40,664 nucleotides of DNA from Patescibacteria group bacterium (GCA_023485715.1 JAMCZG010000030.1:1-40664), one strand, 5' to 3'; numbered from the stretch's first letter, positions 16,482 through 26,030 are shown. Numbers and translations: made by a program. The notes: a model not told the origin generated them from the sequence alone.

Positions 16482-17903
16482 TTATTTAGATCTTAAATCT
16501 AAAATTATATAAGTAGGGGTTTGTTTAACAACTTTATACGGAACATGAGTCGTAGAAAGCGTTTCTTGCGGATTTGTACTCACGAGGTGTGTTGCGCCGT
16601 CTGTTACAAGGTCTGCAACCGGTTTTTGCATTATTGACCACCCATGCCTATTTGTTTGATATAAAAACGCCACGTCTGCAGAATATGGGGCGACAACCTG
16701 CGCGTCTTTTGGGGTTAATTTATCAACATCTCTTCCTGCCTCGACAATTTCTGGGTGATTTATCCAATAATAACCCCTAATTTCATACCAGCTGAACGCG
16801 AACATAAAAAACAAAATAATCGCGATCGTCGGCCAGACTACAATTCGGGAAATCTCTTTTACTGTTCTTATTAAAAATGTTATTCCTTTTGCTAGAAATA
16901 TCACTAAAACCGGCAAGATCGGGATTTGATAATAATCATGCGTAACATTTCCGCGGGCAATCACAAGGAAGTATATTATGACCCCTAAAAGCCATAAATG
17001 GAAAAACCACCCTTCTTTTTTTCCGGGTTTTAGAATAATGCCCAACATTAAGAAAAAAATACCCCAATAACCTAAAATAATTTTTGCGATTCTTTCCGCA
17101 AATATCCAACGGAAAAATGCTCCTGTAAATCTTATGTTTCCGTCGTTAAATAACCATGTTGAAGCAGGAATTCCTTCTCTGTGTAACGATATATAATTTC
17201 TCCACAAGATAAGCGGTACAAGTGAGATAATCAAAAAACTCCAAAACTCCCATTTTTTAAGTATAGACAGACCAAATTCTCTGAAGAAAAAATATAAAAA
17301 AGGTAAAAAAAGTATAACCTGATAGGGTTTTAAAAGAAAAGTCAATGAAACAAATACGGAACTCAAAATTAATAACCACGATTTATTTTTATCCCGCCAG
17401 AGGAACAAAGCAAGAATCGACGCCAAAGAAAAAAATATCATCATGGGTTCTGGCATTATTACCCTGCTGTAATAGACACTATAAGGAATAAATGCAAAAA
17501 AAATCGCAGCCCAGAAACCGACCATTTTTCCAAAAAAACGCCTAGCGATAAAATAAATTAAAATTATCGACCCTAATGAAAAAACTACAGAAATGAGTCG
17601 AGCAATATATTCATGAACTCCCCAAATGTTGTACGCGATATAAATTATTGTCTGGTATATTGGCGCCTCGACTAAAAACAATCTGTTTGGATTTTGTAGT
17701 CCCCATTCGTTTGTTATGGCGTAATTATCTACCTGGGGCCAAAAAAAATTATATCCGTCTTTTACAAAATTTCTCGCAACCGCGGCAGTATCTGCCTGTC
17801 GCCACGAATGCCAGTCGGCGATCGGATTGTCGATTTTATACAAACGCACCAAGAATGCACCGACAACTATTATTATTAACAAAAAGAGCTCTAATTTTTT
17901 CAT
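16482..17903 (-). CDS. GT-C glycosyltransferase, ArnT/PMT-like (GT39/GT83-type)
   Basis: Polytopic membrane protein. The N-terminal loop DWHSWRQADTAAVARNF is typical of PMT_2/ArnT-like enzymes. Confidence 0.6.
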   Translation of the reverse strand: MKKLELFLLIIIVVGAFLVRLYKIDNPIADWHSWRQADTAAVARNFVKDGYNFFWPQVDNYAITNEWGLQNPNRLFLVEAPIYQTIIYIAYNIWGVHEYIARLISVVFSLGSIILIYFIARRFFGKMVGFWAAIFFAFIPYSVYYSRVIMPEPMMIFFSLASILALFLWRDKNKSWLLILSSVFVSLTFLLKPYQVILFLPFLYFFFREFGLSILKKWEFWSFLIISLVPLILWRNYISLHREGIPASTWLFNDGNIRFTGAFFRWIFAERIAKIILGYWGIFFLMLGIILKPGKKEGWFFHLWLLGVIIYFLVIARGNVTHDYYQIPILPVLVIFLAKGITFLIRTVKEISRIVVWPTIAIILFFMFAFSWYEIRGYYWINHPEIVEAGRDVDKLTPKDAQVVAPYSADVAFLYQTNRHGWSIMQKPVADLVTDGATHLVSTNPQETLSTTHVPYKVVKQTPTYIILDLRSK

Positions 17904-17914
17904 TTACACTTAAT

Positions 17915-20900
17915 TTATTTATTTTCTATCGGGACGGTTATTGTCTTTTTTGTTCTGAAAACTTGTTCGACGTTGCCGTTGTTATCGAATTCAAAGACTT
18001 TGGCACTCGAGGATCCTTCGGCCGCATCCAAAGCAAGGTCCAAAGAAGGAGATATATTTACTTTTAAGTATTCATACTGAAAAGTAAACCAAAGCGCGTC
18101 TGGTAAACCCACCGGGAAAACCCACGCTTCTCCTTTTTTAATCGGTACATTAGTAAAGTAAAAAACCGGATTATATGTCGCCGCTTTAGTTTTTGCAAAA
18201 GTCTCATTAAAGTCCACCAATAATTTACTTGTAATACTACCTGCTCTTTTCCAATCTTCGTTTATTCTTATTAATTCATAAATATTGAAAACCAAAAACA
18301 ACCCGACACAAATAACCAGAAAACTAATCGAGTAAAATTTGTTTCTGAATAAAAACAAGCGGTCGAAAATTAATTTTATTATAAACACAAACAAAAGCAG
18401 AGCCCCAAACGATGCTAAATATACATAGCGAATCGATATGTTGCCCAATCCCAAATATGGAAGCAGAGCCAAGATAAATATAGCGATAGAAATTAACACA
18501 ACTTTTCTATCCGAAGAACCAAGTTTTTTAATTAAGAACCTGTAAATTGAATACAAGACTACAAGGATTATTACGATAGCAATAACGATATATATCGGAT
18601 TCGATTTGCCAAACAAGCGCAGTTTTTGATAGAAATCAAGCCATTTTGTACCGAAAAAAACCAGTCCTAAATATCCAAAAATATTTCCAAAAAAATTATA
18701 GGGAAAATGTAATAAATTATAATTGTAGTCGCCGCTGAGCCAATGACTTTGCGAAATATTTCTTACCCATAAATAGATCGGAATTGAAACTAAATAGATT
18801 AGATAATAGCCGCTATTAATAATAACCCGCGCTCCTTTTCTCATTATTATTTCGTATGCAATAATAAGTAGTGGCGCGATAATCCCGAGTTCATAAAAAA
18901 GAGGTGCTAAAAACACTGCTAACACTGAAAAAACAAGATAAACCCAAGCTTTCTTTTCCTTCCAAAGAATATAAAACAACAAGCCGAAAAGAATGAAAAC
19001 CACAGAAATTAAATGGCCTGTGGAAGAAATCCAATATACAACCTCAGAGTGAGATCCTAAAACCAAAAAGAACAATGCTACGATAAAAGCGAAGAGTTTG
19101 CTTTTTAATATCTTTTTGGAGATGATAAAAACAAGCGAAGACACGATCGCATGTAAAATAACCGAAAAAACGTGATACGCGACCGGATTTAACCAAAAAA
19201 TCGCGTAGGTTATATAGAAATATATTTTTGCTCCGGGCCTGTAGAAAAATCCATCTGAGTTAGTAAAATAATTTGCTATAGTATTCCAAGGTGGCTCACA
19301 TTTAACTAACCCGCTTTTGTATAAAACTTTTTTGCAATCTGCTGCCCATTTAAGCCATGTAAAATCATCTCCCACGAAAAAATTTCCAAATATCATCCAG
19401 AAAATTCCGAAAGCGATAAGAAAAATATATATAATGAGAAATGTTGATGATAAGGCTAGCTCTTTAAACTCCTTAAAGTAATTTATTTTTCTTTTTTTAT
19501 AAAGATGTAATATCCCCAATGTGATTCCGACCAGTAGCCAGAGAACAAAAGCCACTTTGGAAGCCTCAAAAACATCGATAAGTACTGCGTTTAAGCCTAA
19601 ACCGAAGATACCGGCTACAAATCCCAAAACAAAACTTTTAACGACTTTCGAATCAACGTCATCTATTACCTTTTTAATATATATACCCATTACAAAAAAT
19701 ATCGACAAAAACGATACAAGACCCAAGACGCCAATTTCTCCCAAAATTCTTAAATAATTATTATCTGTAGCCAAACTGATCGAAGAATATCCGCTTCCGG
19801 TAAAGATATTCCGATTAAGCGCATCGATTGCTCTTGGCCATTCCCCTTGAAATCTGGTAGTGAAAGAAACATCGTAAGCCAGCGCCTTTTTAACAACAAA
19901 ATTTCCCTCTACGCTCGTTATCTCGTCCGATTCTTCTCCCCCGCCGACTTTTAGCCTTTTGTAAAAAACTTGGGTTATTGTCTTTTCTGTCGGCTCAGAA
20001 GGAAAACTGATGTAGCCCGTGCCTTGAGGTAAATTTTCCCCGGTTGACTGTATTTCTTCGATCACAACCGGCTGGGCTTTTTTGTCGGTTTTTTTGGAAG
20101 TTTTTTTAACCCCTGTTTTATCCACCGATTGCGTAGCTATTCCGACTGGTTTGCCCGTTCTAGCATCGACAACTAAATCTACCTGCGTGATAGTACTCGC
20201 AAAACGCTCCGATATTCCTTGAAAAAAATTAAGTAAAAGCAAGCTTACAATGATTACGGGCAAAATGAATTTTTTCTTTTTCTGAATAACAAGCAGAATT
20301 ATTACCGTAATTAAATAGACCGCAAAAGATACCCGAGATTCTGTCATTAACAGAAGTATTAACCCCAAAAACGCCGTAACTAACATTAATAACTTTGCGA
20401 ATATATTTTTAAATCCAAAAAACAAACTACCGATAAGAGGAATCATTAAAACCAAATACGCAGCTAGATCGTAATGTCCTGCAAATGTAGACGGAACCCT
20501 AGAATATTCCGACAGTCTTAGAGGAATACCTTTGGCAAATTCCTCGTTCATCGTAAGAAACGCCGGAAAACCAAAGAATCTTTGACCGATTCCATAAAAT
20601 ACTACAGTACATAAAGTTGCAACCAACACGGTGATAATAGGATAAATAAACTTTTTGTCTCGGATCGAAAAATATGCGACAAAAAAAAGAGAGATGTATT
20701 CGATTCTCCTTAAATAATGCAGCCAGGCAACACTCGGAAATACGTTTAATAGAGACGGGAAAATAAAATAAATGGCGTAAACTGTCGATATGAGTCCTAC
20801 TAACCAGAAAATAACTATCGGTATCGTAAGCGGAGTTTTAATCCCGGCTTTTTTACGGATAAGCTGGATAAACCATGCAAAAACAGCAATTAGAACCAGA

Positions 20901-21037
20901 AAATCTTCCACCCTTATATATACCCACGTATGTTTCACGTCCAGAAGAGGAAGTTTCGGATACAATGGAATAAATGCCAATAAAAATAGCGTAATAAGAA
21001 GCAGAACATTGTCTGAGAACCATTTAAATATCTTCAT
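17915..21037 (-). CDS. Fusion protein: O-antigen ligase/polymerase-like (Wzy_C) N-half plus GT-C (PMT/TMTC-like) C-half
   Basis: N-half: STFAGHYDLAAYL, TESRVSF, GSGYSSISLATDNNYLRILGEIGVLGL. C-half: VGDDFTW loop motif, FFYRPG, NPVAYHVFSVILH, many TM helices and a soluble C-terminus. ATGA overlap with the upstream GT2. Confidence 0.6.
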   Translation of the reverse strand: MKIFKWFSDNVLLLITLFLLAFIPLYPKLPLLDVKHTWVYIRVEDFLVLIAVFAWFIQLIRKKAGIKTPLTIPIVIFWLVGLISTVYAIYFIFPSLLNVFPSVAWLHYLRRIEYISLFFVAYFSIRDKKFIYPIITVLVATLCTVVFYGIGQRFFGFPAFLTMNEEFAKGIPLRLSEYSRVPSTFAGHYDLAAYLVLMIPLIGSLFFGFKNIFAKLLMLVTAFLGLILLLMTESRVSFAVYLITVIILLVIQKKKKFILPVIIVSLLLLNFFQGISERFASTITQVDLVVDARTGKPVGIATQSVDKTGVKKTSKKTDKKAQPVVIEEIQSTGENLPQGTGYISFPSEPTEKTITQVFYKRLKVGGGEESDEITSVEGNFVVKKALAYDVSFTTRFQGEWPRAIDALNRNIFTGSGYSSISLATDNNYLRILGEIGVLGLVSFLSIFFVMGIYIKKVIDDVDSKVVKSFVLGFVAGIFGLGLNAVLIDVFEASKVAFVLWLLVGITLGILHLYKKRKINYFKEFKELALSSTFLIIYIFLIAFGIFWMIFGNFFVGDDFTWLKWAADCKKVLYKSGLVKCEPPWNTIANYFTNSDGFFYRPGAKIYFYITYAIFWLNPVAYHVFSVILHAIVSSLVFIISKKILKSKLFAFIVALFFLVLGSHSEVVYWISSTGHLISVVFILFGLLFYILWKEKKAWVYLVFSVLAVFLAPLFYELGIIAPLLIIAYEIIMRKGARVIINSGYYLIYLVSIPIYLWVRNISQSHWLSGDYNYNLLHFPYNFFGNIFGYLGLVFFGTKWLDFYQKLRLFGKSNPIYIVIAIVIILVVLYSIYRFLIKKLGSSDRKVVLISIAIFILALLPYLGLGNISIRYVYLASFGALLLFVFIIKLIFDRLFLFRNKFYSISFLVICVGLFLVFNIYELIRINEDWKRAGSITSKLLVDFNETFAKTKAATYNPVFYFTNVPIKKGEAWVFPVGLPDALWFTFQYEYLKVNISPSLDLALDAAEGSSSAKVFEFDNNGNVEQVFRTKKTITVPIENK

Positions 21038-21909
21038 GTTTTTAATTTTATAGCTGTTCTATAAGTATTTAATAAATATTTATCCCGCGTCAATAGCCCT
21101 ATCGAAATTGCGATTAAAGCCTTAAAAAATAAGAAAACTTTAACTACATTATATTCTAAAAAGCCTTTATGTTTCTTATAGAAATAAATTATACCTTTAT
21201 AGATATTTATGATCGCAAATGACCTGTTGCTACTTCCGTGCTCGCTATGGAGAATCTTGACGTCAGGATAAAAGTAAGTCGAATAACCCATTTTTTTTGC
21301 CCTTAAGCATAAATCCATGTCTTCTAAATACATAAAAAAATTATCATCGAAACCGTCTAATTTTCTGAAAAGATCCGCTCTTATCATAAGCGATGCCCCG
21401 CTCACCCAATCGACCATTGCTTCTTTATCGGGACTTGTTCTCAATAATTTTTCTCCTCCGAAAAGCATTAAAAAAATATTAATTAAATCAAAAAACTTAC
21501 CCGCAGAATCCTGGTTTGTTTCGTCGGTATTTTTTAATTTCCCCCCCAAAATACCCACATGAGTATGCTTTTCTAAAAAATCTATCATTCTTTTTATGCC
21601 CCTATCTAAGACTTGTGTGTCCGAATTTAAAAATAAAAAATATTTACCGGACGCTTGTTTTGCTCCTAAATTATTTCCGCCGGAAAAACCCAAATTCTTC
21701 TTGTTCGAAATGACTTTAAGATTAGAAATTTCCTTTTTTAATACAGATATTTCTTCAACCGAATCATCGTTCGAGCCGTTGTCGACAACAATAATTTCGA
21801 TATTTTTTTTACTCAACTCATCTTTATAGATATCAAAAACAGAATTGACACACGAGACTGTGAAATCTCCTGTTTTATAGTTTAAAATTATAATCGATAA
21901 AATCGTCAT
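21034..21909 (-). CDS. Glycosyltransferase family 2
   Basis: IIILNYKT, VVDNGSNDDS, NLGFSGGNNLG, LNSDT and YLEDMDLCLR motifs. Confidence 0.8.
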   Translation of the reverse strand: MTILSIIILNYKTGDFTVSCVNSVFDIYKDELSKKNIEIIVVDNGSNDDSVEEISVLKKEISNLKVISNKKNLGFSGGNNLGAKQASGKYFLFLNSDTQVLDRGIKRMIDFLEKHTHVGILGGKLKNTDETNQDSAGKFFDLINIFLMLFGGEKLLRTSPDKEAMVDWVSGASLMIRADLFRKLDGFDDNFFMYLEDMDLCLRAKKMGYSTYFYPDVKILHSEHGSSNRSFAIINIYKGIIYFYKKHKGFLEYNVVKVFLFFKALIAISIGLLTRDKYLLNTYRTAIKLKT

Positions 21910-21930
21910 TTAATCGGATTTTGAAGAAAA

Positions 21931-22524
21931 TTAACGAAACCAAGCCGCACGCCCTAATTTATATGACAGGTCTTTAATTTCCCTTCTTCTTATTAATTTT
22001 GCCGGAACTCCACCGACTATTTCCATTTGTTTAACATCAGAAGTTACAACCGCTCCGGCAGCAATAACAGCTCCCTTGCCGATTTTTACGCCGGGGAGAA
22101 TAATCGCCCTTGGCCCAATAAAAACATAGTCTTCGATAATTACTGGCGCTGAAACACTCATAAAATTAACGTTGTCTACATCATGCTGTGAATTATAAAT
22201 CATAACATCACTTGCAATATCGACATGGTTTCCGATTAAAACTTTGTTTCTTCCGTCTAAAACTATCCCCTCGCCGATAATTGTATCTTTTCCGATTTCG
22301 ATATTCCCGGGGTTATAAAATCTTGTACCCATGTGTATCGCAGATCCTTTACCGATTTTTACGCCAGCGAGCCTGTAGAAAAACCTTCGAAAATGATGGC
22401 AGGGAACATAACCGACACAATGTAAAAGCATGACCTCAAACTCCAATAAGATTGTGAAAAAACGGTCTGCCATTTTTTCTGATATCTCTTTATTCGATAA
22501 TTCCTTACCGTATTTATCCTTCAT
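21931..22524 (-). CDS. Hexapeptide-repeat (LbH) O-acetyltransferase
   Basis: Repeated [LIV]G hexapeptides: IGKDTIIGEGIVLDG...IGNHVDIASDV...IEDYVFIGPRAIILPGVKIGKGAVIAAGAVV. The track start at 22545 is a TTG overlapping the upstream gene; the ATG at 22524 lies 4 nt after that gene's stop. Confidence 0.75.
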   Translation of the reverse strand: MKDKYGKELSNKEISEKMADRFFTILLEFEVMLLHCVGYVPCHHFRRFFYRLAGVKIGKGSAIHMGTRFYNPGNIEIGKDTIIGEGIVLDGRNKVLIGNHVDIASDVMIYNSQHDVDNVNFMSVSAPVIIEDYVFIGPRAIILPGVKIGKGAVIAAGAVVTSDVKQMEIVGGVPAKLIRRREIKDLSYKLGRAAWFR

Positions 22525-22528
22525 AAAA

Positions 22529-23662
22529 TTATTTTCGCGCGACAACGTTTTCCAAGACGTTCAATGTTTCTCTGGCGGTTTTTTCCCAGCTAAATTTTTT
22601 CACCTGTTCGTAACCTTTTTTAACCATTTCCGATCTGAGTTTTTTGTCTTCGATAACTCGTTTGATTTTAGAAGCCATATCTTCCGGAGTTTTTGGATCA
22701 AAATATAAAGCTGCATCTCCCCCCGCTTCGGGCAAACTACTAACATTGCTTGCGAGTACAGGACAACCATTTGCCATTGCCTCAAGCACCGGTAATCCAA
22801 AACCTTCGTATAAACTTGGTAAAACAAAGCATAAGGCATTTTTATATAACAAAGTTAATTCTGAGTCCGACACAAATTCTAAAAATCTTACATTTTCTGA
22901 AACACCAAACTTTTCTGGCGCCTTAAGAATTTCTTCAAAAAGCCACCCTTTTTTACCAACGATAATTAATTGGAGATCGTTAATATTTCCTCTTTTCGAA
23001 ATTAAAGAGAATGCTTCGATTAAACCGGTTATGTTTTTTCTTGGCTGTAATGTCCCGACAAACAAAATATAATCTCCTTTGATCCCGTATTTTCTTTTTA
23101 TAATATCCATATCTGCTGTTTTTAACCCGTTATTTTCGACTGTTTTTAACCCAGGATAAGTTACAACTACTTTATCTTCGGTTAATTTATATAGCTTAAT
23201 TATATCATCTTTACTCGCCTGGCTAATAGTAAAAATTTTCTTTGCTTTTTTTACAGAATAATTCGTCCAGTTCTTTAATTGATAAAGATCTTTTTTGGTA
23301 AACATTTCGGGAAAATAAATATAAGAAAGGTCCATTACCGAAATCACTGTCGGAACCGGAGAAAATCTTGGAGAGTAGTGCGTTGGCGTAAAAAAAACGT
23401 CTGGCCAGGGTTTATGTAAATATAGATTAATCGGCAACCCAAATTGGGTCCAAAATTTTTTAGGCCGCACTATTTTGTATTCCCAGCCCTCTCTGCTTTT
23501 TGGAAAATCCATAACGGGGTTATCTTTTAAATAAATTTTAAACCGGTATTTTTGGACCGGTAACCCGAAGCTTTCAAATTGTTTTAATATTTCGAATGCG
23601 TATTCGCCGATCCCCACTCTTTTTTGAACATTTGCTTCATTTCCGTCGATCCCGATTACCAT
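22529..23662 (-). CDS. Glycosyltransferase family 4 (GT-B)
   Basis: MVIGIDGNEANVQKRVGIGEY N-terminus; EGFGLPVLEAMANGCPVLAS motif. Confidence 0.8.
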   Translation of the reverse strand: MVIGIDGNEANVQKRVGIGEYAFEILKQFESFGLPVQKYRFKIYLKDNPVMDFPKSREGWEYKIVRPKKFWTQFGLPINLYLHKPWPDVFFTPTHYSPRFSPVPTVISVMDLSYIYFPEMFTKKDLYQLKNWTNYSVKKAKKIFTISQASKDDIIKLYKLTEDKVVVTYPGLKTVENNGLKTADMDIIKRKYGIKGDYILFVGTLQPRKNITGLIEAFSLISKRGNINDLQLIIVGKKGWLFEEILKAPEKFGVSENVRFLEFVSDSELTLLYKNALCFVLPSLYEGFGLPVLEAMANGCPVLASNVSSLPEAGGDAALYFDPKTPEDMASKIKRVIEDKKLRSEMVKKGYEQVKKFSWEKTARETLNVLENVVARK

Positions 23663-23665
23663 AAT

Positions 23666-24211
23666 CTAAGCTCCCGGGTAAATTACCCTAATCTTATCGT
23701 CTTCTATGCCCAGAATTTCTTCGATATCTCTTTTTGTCGATTTTGAGATACAAAAAACTATATCCGATTCTTTTTTTACCCATTTTAGCTTTCTTTTTTG
23801 CGTCGCGATTATTTTTGAATCTGTTTCCCGAGGATATTTATAAACAATCATATCGTAAATTATCGTCGCTTTTTTGGCTTTTTTCGTTGGTGGTTCAAGC
23901 CAATCGGAAGTAATAAATAGATCTATGTCTCCGATAAACCACTCGATCGGAAAAATATGCAATCGATTCCATAATAAGTCCAAAAATGTAGGAGGAAACC
24001 TGAATTTTTTAACCTTAATATTTTTATAATTTGATTGAAAATTGTCCCGCTGAGCGGGAGAAAATTGAAAATTCTTTCTGAGTGACGAAAAAAATAAGAT
24101 GTACTCATTTTTTCTATCGTATTCTATTAAGGCAGAAACCAGATTTTTAACATATTCCCCTACCCCTGTTTCCCTATACGCAATTTGACTTATATCGATT
24201 CCTATTTTCAA
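23666..24211 (-). CDS. GT4 N-terminal-domain-only protein (probable gene remnant), TTG start
   Basis: MKIGIDISQIAYRETGVGEYV...ITSDWLEP...IRVIYPGA*. It stops exactly at the interdomain VxYPG motif and has no donor-binding C-domain. The start codon is TTG. Confidence 0.5.
   Translation of the reverse strand: MKIGIDISQIAYRETGVGEYVKNLVSALIEYDRKNEYILFFSSLRKNFQFSPAQRDNFQSNYKNIKVKKFRFPPTFLDLLWNRLHIFPIEWFIGDIDLFITSDWLEPPTKKAKKATIIYDMIVYKYPRETDSKIIATQKRKLKWVKKESDIVFCISKSTKRDIEEILGIEDDKIRVIYPGA
24037..24073. repeat. GAAAATT heptamer repeats (1+2 units) interrupted by a GC-rich palindrome TCCCGC-TGA-GCGGGA
   Basis: GAAAATT at 24037-24043, 24060-24066 and 24067-24073. Palindrome arms at 24045-24050 and 24054-24059. 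Confidence 0.8.
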
Positions 24212-24213
24212 AT

Positions 24214-24435
24214 TTACCTTTCTTTTTTTAAATTAATACCAGCCATTAAAACTGCCACAAGAAAACACGCTGCGGCATACCAAACAAGACGCTCTGCGGT
24301 AAAAAATATCCAGAACGAAAAAAGAGGAATCGACATAACCAACAATAATACCCCCACAATCGTTGCCCAACGGGGATTCCTCATAAAAATCAAGAAAGCT
24401 AGTATTACCAAAAAAAATATATCCTGAATTTTCAT
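24214..24435 (-). CDS. Small hypothetical membrane protein (2-3 TM)
   Basis: 73-aa hydrophobic ORF with ATG start, first gene after a divergent intergenic region. Confidence 0.45.
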   Translation of the reverse strand: MKIQDIFFLVILAFLIFMRNPRWATIVGVLLLVMSIPLFSFWIFFTAERLVWYAAACFLVAVLMAGINLKKER

Positions 24436-24441
24436 CTACGC

Positions 24442-24470
24442 TTTACTCTAATTCTGATCTTGTCTATAAT
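24442..24470 (+). promoter_or_regulatory. Putative promoter for the methyltransferase gene at 24498
   Basis: -35 TTTACT (24442-24447), 17-nt spacer, perfect -10 TATAAT (24465-24470). Confidence 0.4.
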
Positions 24471-24497
24471 ATAATCCGTTTATATAATAATGCGTTC

Positions 24498-25097
24498 ATG
24501 AAAAAAACTCAACTTCCGAGTAATTATTCAAAGCATAAAAGCGGCGATATCTCGAGACAATTCCTTATTAAAAATTTTTACAACATTTTAATAAGAACAA
24601 TAAAACCACTAGAGCCAAAAACAATTCTGGATGTAGGCTGTGGCGAGGGATTTACGCTCCAAAAATTAAAAGAAAATAAAATTGGAGTTCTGCTTAAGGG
24701 CATCGATAAATCTGATATTTCTATAGATATCGGGAGAAAAATGTTTCCCGACCTTGATCTTAAGACAGGAGATATTTATAAATTATCTTATAATAAAAAT
24801 TCATTTGATCTTGTAGTATGCTCTGAGGTTTTGGAGCACCTTAAAAGCCCGATAATCGCATTAGAAGAATTAAAAAGAGTATCCAAGCAGTATTTATTAC
24901 TAACGGTTCCGAATGAACCGTTTTACCGGATAAGCAGATTTTTACGGGGGATTAATGTTGCAAACTTCGGGGACCATCCAGAACACATAAATCATTGGGG
25001 AATGATATCTTTTAAAAATTTGATAAAAAGTGCCAGGCTGAAGATTACAACTATTAACTATCCGTTTCCGTGGATAATGATTCTTGCCGAAAAATAA
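24498..25097 (+). CDS. Class I SAM-dependent methyltransferase
   Basis: Motif I ILDVGCGEGF; post-I and motif II-like FDLVVCSEVLEHL. Confidence 0.8.
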   Translation: MKKTQLPSNYSKHKSGDISRQFLIKNFYNILIRTIKPLEPKTILDVGCGEGFTLQKLKENKIGVLLKGIDKSDISIDIGRKMFPDLDLKTGDIYKLSYNKNSFDLVVCSEVLEHLKSPIIALEELKRVSKQYLLLTVPNEPFYRISRFLRGINVANFGDHPEHINHWGMISFKNLIKSARLKITTINYPFPWIMILAEK

Positions 25098-25205
25098 ACC
25101 GTGATCTTATTCTGTCGAGTACCTTAAAATAAACTCTTTATCTTTTTTATTCGACAGGTTAATTATAAGATCTGCCAAAAAACCGGTAAAATAGACCTGG
25201 AACCG

Positions 25206-26030
25206 TTAGTAATACAAAAGCATTCCTAGGAAAAGCACGGGACGTCTGTTAATCGCATATCCCTGAAAATGGATAACTGTTAAATACCCAAGTATTATAA
25301 CACCTATTAGCGCTAAAACAGTCCCGGCAAATCCAAAAAAATGCAACGGCCTTTTACCATAACGTGTTAAGAATAACATCGTAAACACGTCGGGAAGATC
25401 TTTCCATAATGCGATAAAACCGTATTTTGATTTTCCAAAACGCCTATTTTCATGCACGATTTCTATTTCTGAAACAGTAAATCCGTTTAAATAAGCTATC
25501 AAAGAAACAAACCTATACAGTCCACCATATAAGTCGATCGATTTTACTACTTCTTTTCTATAGATTTTAAACCCACAATTGTAATCGTGTAGTTTAAGGC
25601 CCCAAATAACCCGAATAATAAAATTAGATAATTTTGAAGATATCACCCGACTAAAAGAATGTTTTCTATTTTTCCTCCACCCAGAAACCACATCCCATCC
25701 CTCATGTATTTTTTTATAAAACTTTTGCAGTTCTTTCGGGTTGTCTTCAAGATCGGCATCCATCGTAACGACAAAATCGCCCTTTGCCTTCTGAAATCCA
25801 AGACTTAATGCTTCTGCTTTTCCCTGATTTTTTCTGAAAGAAAATATTCTAACAGCTTTATTTTTTTCTGCAATTTGTTTTAGAAAATCGAGAGATCCGT
25901 CGGTTGACCCGTCATCTACAAAAATTATTTCATAATTTTTTTCTATATTTTTTACTTCTTTTAATAAAAGCTCGTATAAAACTGGTAAACTTTCTACCTC
26001 GTTTAAAAGAGGAATAACTATACTAATCAT
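25206..26030 (-). CDS. GT2 polyprenyl-phosphate sugar synthase (GtrB/CsbB/ArnC-like), apparently truncated by an in-frame TAA
   Basis: ISIVIPLLNE, IFVDDGSTDGS, RKNQGKAEAL and MDADLED motifs, plus C-terminal TM helices. Reading through TAA 25206-25208 adds RFQVYFTGFLADLIINLSNKKDKEFILRYSTE, ending at 25107. That peptide looks like the missing conserved C-terminus. Confidence 0.75.
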   Translation of the reverse strand: MISIVIPLLNEVESLPVLYELLLKEVKNIEKNYEIIFVDDGSTDGSLDFLKQIAEKNKAVRIFSFRKNQGKAEALSLGFQKAKGDFVVTMDADLEDNPKELQKFYKKIHEGWDVVSGWRKNRKHSFSRVISSKLSNFIIRVIWGLKLHDYNCGFKIYRKEVVKSIDLYGGLYRFVSLIAYLNGFTVSEIEIVHENRRFGKSKYGFIALWKDLPDVFTMLFLTRYGKRPLHFFGFAGTVLALIGVIILGYLTVIHFQGYAINRRPVLFLGMLLYY

